Of a stretch of 40,928 nt of DNA, positions 10,900 to 20,806 are shown piece by piece. The translations under genes were made by a program, and so were the position numbers. The first letter of the stretch is position 1; every line of letters begins with the position of its first letter. Origin of the DNA: Klebsormidium nitens. Taxonomy: Eukaryota; Plantae; Klebsormidiophyceae. The notes beneath the pieces were generated by a model, which was given only the letters and a program-made list of their open reading frames with translations, was not told where the DNA came from and made no database searches. The stretch spans positions 6,138-47,065 of the forward strand of contig DF237624.1 of assembly GCA_000708835.1 (NCBI GenBank). The letters are read 5' to 3'.

Positions 10900-12950
10900 C
10901 CGGCCATAACCCCCATGACGTACCAGGGTTCAAATTCTTAAGAGAAACACGCCACCTCCTGGTGACATGCTGATGGCGCGCTGGCCCGACCACACCCTCA
11001 AGGATGTACCGGGAAAGAGCCTTCAGATTCTCAGAATAAAAAGCAACTTCCTGGTTCGTGCTGCTGGCGCGCCCCGATTCGTGCTCGCAAGTAACAAAGG
11101 TCGGCTCCCATGCTTCGCGCCGTCACTGAACCAAGGCCAGGGAAATGCAGTGCAGCACAAGGGACTGCAAAACGCTCACCTTGCGATCTGCTGAGCACCG
11201 GACGACGGCTGCTCGTGGCAGGAAGCCGCCCCGGCCGGAGGTTGTTTGACGGCGCGCAAAGGCCCTCACGTGCGGGGCGCTGCGCGTACTGCGCCTCGTC
11301 GTTGCTCGAGCTGGCGGCGGCGCGCTCGTGCTGTGAGGGGTCCAGAGTAGGATGAGTCGCGGCAGCGGCGGAAGGCTCGTCTGCATGGCGCGTGCCGTGA
11401 ACGCCGGTGCCTTGAGATCCTGCGCACGATGTCTCGTGAATCTCACATGATCCGCCCCAAAGATCAAGAGCATGCAAGCTGTCCGCCCGTGACCGGCAAA
11501 GACGCCACTATGTGGTACATGCTCATGGGGCTGCGGGCCCGGCCACAACCCCCAGAATGTATCAGAGAGCTGCCTAGTAGTCTCTGAAGAAAGATTGAGA
11601 TGATCTTTGGTACACTTCATGAAAGCTGCAAGCCCAGCCATACCCCCAAGAATGCGCCCGGCCATACCCCGCAAAATGCACCCGGCCATAACCTACAAGA
11701 TGTACCAAGAAAGGCCCAATAGATTCTTAGAGAATAATACAGCTTTTCTTGGTACACAACCCTTCTCTGCCCCGCATGCGCCACACCGCACAAGGGGCTA
11801 GCCATACCCCGCAAGATAAGTGAACCAGGAAACGTGCCAATAGATCCTTAAAGAAGAAAACAGCATTTTCCTGGTACACTCCCTTTTGTCGAAAGTCGCA
11901 CACCGGCCATACCCTGCAGAATGCACCCAGCCGCACCCCCCAGAATGTACCAGAAAACGCCCAGAAGATTCTTAACAAACAATACAGCGTTTCTTGGTAT
12001 ACGATCGTGATGAGAAGCAGGGTTGGTGTACCGAACAACGCTCTTCCTTGGTACACTGCTTTTGGGGGCGCCGCATCAAACCTCTTCAGATGAACCAAGA
12101 ACCAACCTTCTGTGTTCAACATCACACCTCCAGGAGTTATTGGATGTCGCGCAATCACTTTCGATCTGCCAGCCAGGGTGCAAGCTGATGGGCGCTTGCC
12201 TCAGTGATTTCTCATGTGACAATCTCGGGCGCTCACCTGCTGCTGCGATCCATGACTGAGGAACAGCAGATGACCCAGCTCCCTTCTGCAGCTGCTCGCG
12301 TTTAGGACAGGCATGGTTTGCCTTCCTTCGCGCCTTCTCGCGCCCCTGAACCCATGCTGCAAAAAGAAGAGGGTAGGGTCAGCGCGTGCGCTGGTGGGCC
12401 TGCAGCCGTGCAAAGACCTGCACGATTCAAGGTCGGGATGCGGGATGCTCAGACACGATCGAGATGTGTGTGTGTCTCGGAACCCTTACCTGCACGGTCG
12501 CTGTCGATCTTGAAACATCCCTTTGATGGCCCGTGGCTATCGCAGAAGTATGCGACCGCCCCTCCCATCTTGCCCCCGCGGAGCCCATACTCCGCGGCCG
12601 TCTCGCACTCGCGGCAGTAAATGGCATGCGGGTCTAAAAAGAAGAGAAGAAGAAGACTTAGGGAATCATGCAGGCACAGGACCGATTCCAACCCACCCCC
12701 CTGCGTACAGGACCGGCCATACCACCAAGTTTCGGCGCTGTACCAAGAAACGACCCATTGATATCTAAAGAAAGAATTGGCCAGAACATGGTACACCTCT
12801 CAACACAAGCCCGGCCTGCCTTCAGACTCTGGCGCCATTGTTACGTTTTAGGGCACGCCAAGCCATGCCACTCAGTTTTGGCGTTGTACCAAGAAATGAC
12901 CCATTGATATCTTTAAGAAACAGTTGGTCAAATCTTGGTACACCTCTTAA
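10900..12950 (+). repeat. Further dispersed and degenerate family-A cassettes in introns
   Basis: Copies near 10920, 11005, 11570, 11702-11755 (perfect 11-bp inverted repeat), 11822, 11946, 12028 (short), 12740 and 12885. Confidence 0.85.
12490..12633 (-). CDS. EsV-1-7-like Cys/His-rich finger exon, left module
   Basis: CRECETAAEYGLRGGKMGGAVAYFCDSHGPSKGC fits a CxxC...A.YG...Y.C..H pattern. The 144-nt exon equals the paralogous exon 21698-21841 in length and phase. Confidence 0.6.
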
Positions 12951-13886
12951 CCCAAGCCCAGCCATGCCACGAAGAATTTCCAGAAGGTTCTGCTGATCGA
13001 TTGTGATGAACGATGATCAATCCGCCGTTGTAAAGAATACCCTTCCTGAAACAATTGTATGTTCGATAGGCTGATGTCCTGCTCTTCATCAAAGAGTGAA
13101 ACACAATGATCCTTAATCCTCCTGCTTGCGAGCCAGCAACCGAGAATTCGCTGACCTTAAGAGCTGGCTTTCGAAGAACCAAACAAACGGTCTTTTGCTC
13201 ACCGCGTCCTGCATCCCAATCCAAAGCTTCTTTGAGCACCCGCGCACTGTGACGCTTTGCTTTCTGATCAGCAGCGCTGAAGCGCCGACCTCTTGGAATT
13301 CTGCGAGCAGGCTGCCCTTCATACTCTACCCCTTTTAAGCTCTTGCACCGCCGCCGGCGAGGGACAGGAATGTCATTGCTTCGCGAATCGACAGCAACGA
13401 TTAGAAACTCCTGCCTTTCTGCACTAATTGTGATGCGCTCCCTGTACTCTGCGGCGCGCGCAAAGCGTGCAGCCTGGCAGACCCTGTGATCAGACTTGAC
13501 CCTGCCACAAGGCCGGCTTGTCGCCATTTTCTAACAAGCACTAGCTCCGCTGGTCACATTTGCAACCACACGAAAGAGAGGTCTGAATTGCCCACAGCGA
13601 CTGAGGCACAATTTAACTCAGAGCAGACCCACAGCTTCAGAACAGAGCACAATACTGAAGTGTCAGAGCAAGGCACATTGTTTGCCCCCAAACGCTCAAG
13701 CAACTCCAGAGACATGGTAATGATGGATTCTAACTCCCAAGTAGGAAAGGCTGCCAGCGCAATCACTTACTCCAGGCCTGAAACGACTTGACCACTTGGC
13801 GCTTGCAGCTCCGCCCGGCAGTTGCTATTAGTATTTTACTCAGCTTTGCATGAGGCAAGTTGCAGCACATTGGCAGCTGGAGACTA

Positions 13887-14176
13887 CCGTAGTCCAACGT
13901 AATGATTCCGAATAAATAAATAATTATCTGCGTTCGGAAAGTCAGAAATTCGGATTTCCCATTCGGAAAGTAGAATTTCGGAAAGGTAAAATAACTTTGA
14001 AATAGTCCTCGGAAGCCGTAAAACTGCCAAAAACAGCCGAAAACTCCCCTTCCAAGTCAGACCATAGGGCATTCGGATTCTGGTCGGAATCAGCATACAT
14101 AATTCCACTTATTTGGTCGGATTGTTGGAAAATAATTTGAAATAAAATCGTTCGGAATCATCACGTTGGACTACGG
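13887..14176. mobile_element. Non-autonomous MITE, Tc1/mariner(pogo)-type, 290 bp
   Basis: 26-bp TIR CCGTAGTCCAACGT(A/G)ATGATTCCGAA with one mismatch. TA on both sides (13885-86, 14177-78). AT-rich interior with repeated TTCGGA/TTCCGA motifs. Confidence 0.9.
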
Positions 14177-16430
14177 TACATGTGTTACCTATGTGACATA
14201 GAAGTGGCAGCGTCCGTGGATTGGACCCGGGAACGGTCTGAAGTGGTAATGGTGCGCATAAGGTCCCGCCCTTATGGCGCATAGGCTATGCTCGAGGGGC
14301 TGACCTGGTAGACTGATTGTAGGTGACGCGAATCGGTGCACGCGCGCACTCAGGGGCGCGTTGCACAACTGCTTGAGGAACGCGCATGTGAGCTCGCCAC
14401 CAGCCATGGACGTCATTGGAATTTCATGGACGACCCATGTAAATGAATGGAGGGCTGGGCCACGCGTAAGCCGGGCTGCATGCGCCGTAAGAATTGGAAA
14501 TATGATATGGCACATGGACACCAAGCCGAGTTTTAATCCACCCACACTCTCCGCGTGGCGCAGAATTGGCGGGCCCTGCATGTATACGAGTATTTTGACA
14601 AATATTGCACGGCACACCTGCCAAATCTATGCGATGCCCGTAGAGCCGTATTGCGCCGGCAAAAAACATCACAGCCTCCCTGCAACATAGGCTACATACC
14701 GGCATATAAAGTTGAAATGGAGCCATACGCTCAAGCTCTGCCTTAGTTCAAGAACACGATCACACAATAGCGCCAAGTTGCATTGGCTGGGCAGGACAAT
14801 TTACTACACATGCATATCTCTTCTATCGCGATATAGCTTGTGAACATCATGTAAACGATCGACTTATGCATGCTTGTAACTAGCTCTGGTCTAAAGTGCA
14901 TAAGCAAGCAAGCAGAGGCCCATACTGTATCGATATTCAGTGTCACCAGGTTCACTTTTCTCTCACTTTCACTTGGATGACCCAGATTTGCCAGCTTCAA
15001 AATGGTGTAATAGGAGCATGAGGTGCCCCAGATACCCTAGCCGAATACAGTGGTGAATTGCAGGCACAATGACTATATGCAAATCATGCACGTGGAGCTG
15101 CTTCAGATTGTACAGAAATCGCCAGTTGCAGGAATGAAACTTTTCATCAAGGTAAACTCCAAAAACGAGAATCTGCAGAAAGATATCCCCCAGAATTGCT
15201 CACAAGACGAGCAAAAGTATCCCTACCAATGCGCCACACCCGGCCCATTAGAAGCGAAGCGCAGGGGCCGTTGGGTCGGGTGTGGCCCCGACGAAGGCCC
15301 CACCTCACCCCTTACCCAGCACTGATGGGACCAAGAGCATGCATTGCGGCCCTTGACAGTTCTCGCTGGTACCAGCCTAGCTTCCCCCCCGCTTCCACTT
15401 GTCCACCAGTCCTAGCCTTGGATCTAGATCGCCAAACGCTATTTCAATGTGATGGTGTGCAACAATTTGTACAGACCCTGCTTGTGCACGTGAGCTCCCC
15501 AGTTGCGCTGGCTTTTGCTTGATGTATGGGGAAAGCCCACCCGCGACCAGACCACCCGGGACGATGTAGCAGAAGGCCATCTTTACGGACTCCAGCTCTG
15601 TGTCGCCCAGCCACGGCTTGACGTTGCTGATGTGCATTGCCGTTTGGCTCGAACGTCCATGCTCCTCCGCAGACTGGAGTGTCATCTGAACTTTAGTGAG
15701 GCGCTCCACTGAGCCTGCAGAAAGGCACGATACAAACTCGAACAATCTCAACACGTCTCCCAAAACTGTCGCGGATGCCCGGAAAGTGCTGTGTCGAGAT
15801 GCGCCAATGCAGTAGCGGCAATCCGAGGTTCGTATTGTGATCGGGTTTGCTGACTACATCATGATTCAGCCTGAATTTCGCCGACATCATATCTGGTGTC
15901 AGACCTAAGCGCGTTGTCCCAAAAGATTTTGCGTCAGGCTGGGTCTGGCGTGAATACGGCGACAAGTGAGGGCATGTACCCAAAACCTTAAACCAAACCC
16001 TACCAGTACACCCAGGCGCAGGTCTTCACTGCCCACGGAAAAATCTGGTCACTACGTATTTCCAGAATTTGAAGCACACCATGTGAACCGGAGGAAAAGC
16101 AGACTACCGACTGGTTCGCTTGCAGCCAGCCGGTAACGGGGAAAAAAAGATAAGCTCCGGTGACGTCGCTATCAGCTCTTAGCAGAACATTAGCTGAGGC
16201 GTTGCCTAACATCTGGGGCTAAAAGTTCGTTGAGACCGTCACGGGTGTCTTGAGATTGCTGTAGCTATAGTAGCAACTCGTTAAGGACCTTGTGTAGGTA
16301 AACACGAAGCTGGTCGTAGCATCGAACTTCCTACAGACAGTCAAAGACAGCTTAGCAACACTTTGGCCTTCGGATATTGGATACTGGTTCGACTGGCCGC
16401 CGACAGCAAGTCATGGGCACCAATAGAAGG

Positions 16431-19400
16431 TCATGGCTTTGGATGCTCACCAAGCTGCTGATCTTGCCTTTTGAACACCACGATGGCCATATCCATGGCG
16501 GGGTAGAACGGGGTCCGGGGCACGAAGCAGGCAATCCGTGTCTCCAATCCGCTCTTCTGGAACTCCGTCAACTCGGTCAGGACCGCAGGCCTCTCTGCAT
16601 CGCGCTCAAAGAACACCAGCTTGACCTGCTGCGCATCCGCCTGCTGAAGTACTGCCTTGTAGCCTCCCCCGTCCACGATCGCGCCAATGGCGCAGCGTTC
16701 CGCCAGCAACCCAGCCACCGCTGGTACCCGCTCCCCTTCAAGCTCGGACATCAGAGTGGCCCAAACTCTCACGTCGCTGTAGAAGACAGCCCGGCCTTGC
16801 ACCTGCTCCACAAAGTGCGCAATGGCTTCTCGCACCAGCGGGAATGCTGGCCGCACTTTGAGGCCCTCGACTGCCACATTCCGCAAATCGATGTCCTCCC
16901 ATTTAGTCAGTTCAAAACCCACAAACGAGTCGCTGCAGACCATCTTCATCATCTGAGCCAGCCACTTCTGCACTTTCTGCCCCCCCTCCGCCTTGACCCT
17001 GTCGTAAATCTGCTCCAAGCTCCTGGTTATCTGCACCACCCTATCGCACTCCAAGAACCGTTCCCAGGCCTCCCAGTCACGCTCCGCCTTCTCACTTGTC
17101 TGCTCACCCTCAGCCACCTCCTTCTCGCGGTGCCCTTCCGATTTGATGGCCCCGGCCCCGCCTGCATCTACTGTGCTCGGCCCAGCCTCCTCGAGCGCCT
17201 CAGGGCCCGCAGCCTGCCGAAGCGCTTTCACGGTCGCTTCGTAGGCCTTTCTCTGGGAGGCAGCCGAGTCCGCCTCGATCAAATCCTCCCGGTCCGCCTG
17301 AGCCGCTCTCAAACCCGGTGCGCGCTCTTTGCCCCCCTCCCCACTCTCGCACGCTTCCCCCTGCGCCTCGCCCTTCGTAACGCTGCCAGGCGTTTCTGAT
17401 TGCCGCGCCTCACTGCCCGTGGGCCCGGAATTGAGGGTCCGACCATCTCGCAGGACCTCGGCAGCCCCGATCCCATCATGCTTGCTCAGAGGTTCTCCTT
17501 CCTTGACCGGTTCCAAGCACCGCACTTGAAAAGTTGGGCTTGCACCGAAGACTTTGGGAACGGAGTAGTTCTCCGGAGATCTTCCATGATAGGCCTCATG
17601 CCAATCCGCAAGGCACCCTGCTACTCCCTCCAACTTTTCCATCACAAGCTGTTGGACAGCCGGGGTCGAGCAGTCTGTCCCGTACATGAGATTATAGGAC
17701 ATTTGCTCCTCCTGCACAAGGAGAAGTCTCATTAGACTGTAGTGGGAGGATTCTAAACCCACCCCAATGCAGTGGGGATACCGCATCCTGACCCTGATTC
17801 AAAAGCGTTAGAAGGAGCTTGATCTCAAAGCGTTGGAAGGAGCTAAGGGACTAAGGCCTTACTCGACCTAGCGATGACGCCGTCGGCAGATGCTCTGCTC
17901 ATTAGGTCATCAACTCAAGCAAGACTCCCAGTTCACCAAACTAGAAAGGCCTCTGCCTGCACCCAGACAGCTACTTAACCTTGGAAACACGATCCTTACT
18001 CCACGGAAAATGAGATCTGAATGACCAGACGGAGCCAGATATGCGATCAATTCAGAAGGTGCTCAGATGTATAGAGCATGATCCAGCATGCCTTGATTAC
18101 GTACCTCACTCAGACCACTGTGCACCGGAAACATGCTGGCCAGCTTGTGTAGGGTGTCACTCTCCTTTCTGAGCTCCTCTTCCCCCGCGCTTGTTACCAC
18201 GATTGTTCTGAAGTGATAGAGGCACGCATCCAGCTCCTCTTTGGCCGTTCCCAGCTCCTGGTACTGGTCCAGGCAGAAGAGCAATTCCTCCTCCCGCCCA
18301 TTGAGGAATTCCTTCACTGACTCCATCGAGTCGAGGCTTGCAATCTTGTCTATAATCTCCTCCTCCCCCGAGTATGCCCATGCAAGGGCCTGCTTCATGG
18401 CCTCAACTCTGTCTGCCTTAAAGTACGCACAGTCCAACATGGGGGCCACGCGCTTTCCCGTTCCGTCCAATGCTGCTGTAAGGTAGACGATCAGTTGCAG
18501 AAGGAGGTGCGTCTTGCCAAACCCTGCAGGCCCGTGCATAAGGATCCTCTTCCCACCGCGCGCCAACCCACCGCGCGATAGAGTTGCGTTAATCAGCGCA
18601 AGTGCACGGTCTACGAGGGCCCTGAAATGAGAGCGCCCCATGACTGCAACTCCGAGCTTCTCCTGTGCCTTCACCACCAGAAACCGCATATCCCTTGTAC
18701 CCAGAGGTTCTGCCTGCGGCAGGATGCTCCACCCAGCCTCAAAGACACCCTCTCCCGCTTGTCCGGCCTGCTCGAGCTCAAGCTTCCTTCTTTTTACCAG
18801 ACCCTTTGTAAGAACCCCAATCTCTGCTGTTGCGAAGCATCCTCTGGAGCGCTTGGATTTGGGTTTGAATTGGACACCTGCAGAATGTTAAGCCACTAAT
18901 TAGGTTGATCTTTTCTTTATAAGAGCAGGCTAATCAAGCTTCAATCTAGGTGAACGCCGTTGGAGAGAGTTTGCATCATGTCAATCCCCTCAAGGGAACA
19001 ACTTCGTAAGTAAGCAACTAAGGTTGCACCTGCAGAAATCCTGAATAATGCTGGCAAACATTAAGCTTGCAGAGGGACTTTGCTTGATGACGCTGAACAA
19101 GATCATTCTGACAAGACCTTCCACATGCATACTTAGTGCCACAAATTGAGTTGCAGAGAGTGCCACAAATAGAGATTGCAAGGAGACTTGTTGAGCATTG
19201 CCGTACACCCAGCAGAGGCTGTGATAAATGCTCCTGCCAGGCAACATTATGCCAAACATCCAGCTCAAGAAGCGTGGAAGGGTCATCCTGGCCTAACACT
19301 CCAGAAGCACCCGGGAAGCAGAGGGACATGCTCCAAACTGGCACCAAAACACTGGAGGGTCGGTGAGGATCACTGCATCTATGGTAAACCAGAGAGCTCC

Positions 19401-19838
19401 GGCACTCTGCCCGACCACAGGCATGCACGAATGATGTCGAACAGGAATGACTGTTGTGAGGATTGCAATGACTGTTGTTCTGAAGAGTCAAAAAGAGACA
19501 GCCGCAATGACATGCTCAAGCGCACAGTAGCCTTGCTGAGTCTTTTCTGCCACAGCTTCTCTGCAGATACGATTGGTACATGATCTTCAAGTCAAAAAGG
19601 TTTCAGCTGCTCACCCTTCTCTGCTGCAGACTCCAGGGCGCACACGAGGGCTTCAGGCAGCGGAATCTGGCCCATTCCTCAGGGTCTTCAGTGCTCCAGC
19701 GTTCCTGAGCATCCCAAGCTTAGTGAACCTCCTCCTGATAAGGTTGTCACAGTCATCGTCCTCAAACGCCTCGTACTCAGCAGGGAGTACCTCCTTCAGA
19801 ATTTGCCGCAAGCTTTCTCTCCTTTCCCCCTGTGCCAT
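16431..19838 (-). CDS. Crinkler/RHS-type (CR) effector gene 1: SAM-like header + P-loop NTPase + REase-like C-terminus, possibly disrupted
   Basis: Walker A HGPAGFGKT, Walker B LLFCLDQ, and C-terminal FVPRTPFYPAMDMAIV. The splice 18105 to 17711 is phase-consistent. The header exon (19838 to ~19612) has an in-frame stop at 19653-55 unless frameshifted. The last exon is unresolved. Confidence 0.65.
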
Positions 19839-20077
19839 CTGGTTGTAGACTATCTTCCAGTCTTAATTTCCCAGCTTTGACCTGCAGTTTCCAGGTAGCG
19901 ACGCATCTCTTGCCCCACTCGCAGATGGAAAAAGGTCCTATCGCTCAGGGTTGCACTTGAATTGGGCCGCCCTTGAAGCCACCCCTACTTCTGACGAGGC
20001 GACATTCGCATGGGCACCACTCGCCACTACTGCGGGTGTTTCCTTTTGGCACTGCGTGCCAAGGGCTTGCAAATCAA

Positions 20078-20098
20078 CTAACCAAGTGATTGTTGGCA
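20078..20098 (+). repeat. 21-bp direct repeat CTAACCAAGTGATTGTTGGCA, copy 1
   Basis: Identical to 27037-27057. Both copies are followed ~45 bp later by CACGTGT.CC.CCG. Confidence 0.9.
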
Positions 20099-20806
20099 TA
20101 ATTTTGACCAGTGAGAACCTGACACGTGTCCCTCCGAACAAATATTCCGGAACTTCCTCCAATTCGCTTGAGGTTCGAGCCCAGTCAGGGGATACTGTCA
20201 CCAAGCAGACCGTTCCCATCACAGGACTTCGATAAAAGACGACGTCGTTTGATATTGATTAGTTCCAGCTGAGTCTCCATGGTTACCTCTGGTACCTTTA
20301 AGCGGTCAGCGTTTAGACCTCCTGCTAAGGGTTGACATCGCTAAAAGCGGCCGGGCTTTAGGGAGCTGCAGGGCAGCTTGGTGTGGCTCAGGGCTTTCAG
20401 GTTGCCCGGCAAGTTGGTGCACAGGAAATGGCATTCTGCGGACTGCTGTAGTGGCGCATCTCTGAAGCGCGTCTGAGGATATTGTGAACGTAAGTTGCTT
20501 ATCTGGTTGCCGCAATGCGCACTCGTGATATAGAACAATGTGTCAGGCAGAGGTTGGCTCTGCCGCTTTTGGACCAGCTTGAAGTATGCAACTGAGCGAC
20601 TCAGTCTGAAGAAGGTGGATGCGGTTTTTAAGGGTTGTTCCTCGGGTCTTTGTAAGTCTGCACTGGTGAGAGTTGCATACGCAGTAAAGGGCAAACGCCT
20701 CGAAATTGGTGCATCTGGATGTTTGTTGAGACAAATTATCATTGAGTCTCCTATATTCCTCTTGGTTTTGTAGGGGCAGGAAAGCTGGTCCTTGCACTGA
20801 CTCATC

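Larger units (their letters stand above)
208..13527 (-). pseudogene. Predicted multi-exon polyprotein gene: basic/Zn-finger module - degenerate 2A-like - acidic linker - AEP primase - Zn-binding segment - UL9/OBP-like SF2 helicase. Continues past the left window edge and carries two disabling lesions
   Basis: Manual GT-AG model with matching phases. Exons 13527-13203, 12633-12490, 12356-12237, 11380-11180, 10815-10558, 8694-8623, 8425-8313, 7907-7803 (needs a GC donor, uncertain), 5774-5491, 4874-3998, 3491-2966, 2351-1775, 1352-864, 609-553, 324-208. There is a 1-bp deletion near 3259 and an in-frame TAG at 1050-1052. Exons could be hidden in the 9162-9838 gap. Confidence 0.6.

Noticed and set aside
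8800-12950. CRISPR-like array (palindromic repeat plus spacers)
   Set aside because: The inter-core sequences are mostly homologous to each other and vary in length. The repeats are degenerate and ~55 bp, there are no cas genes, and the context is eukaryotic introns.
15377-15763. HISNVKPW resembling a retrotransposon integrase tail
   Set aside because: It is a short match only, with no RT, RNase H, DDE motif or LTRs nearby.
15979-16002. Telomere-like CCCAAAACCTTAAACCAAACCCTA
   Set aside because: It is too short and degenerate. Scattered TTAGGG hexamers elsewhere are not arrayed.
16377-17399. 340-aa plus-strand ORF
   Set aside because: It is an antisense shadow of the GC-rich CR effector exon, with no motifs.
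688-17844. Small intronic tandem duplications (77 bp at 688-843, 15 bp with CACGTG at 2621-2657, 25 bp at 17802-17844)
   Set aside because: These are ordinary two-copy slippage repeats with no further structure.
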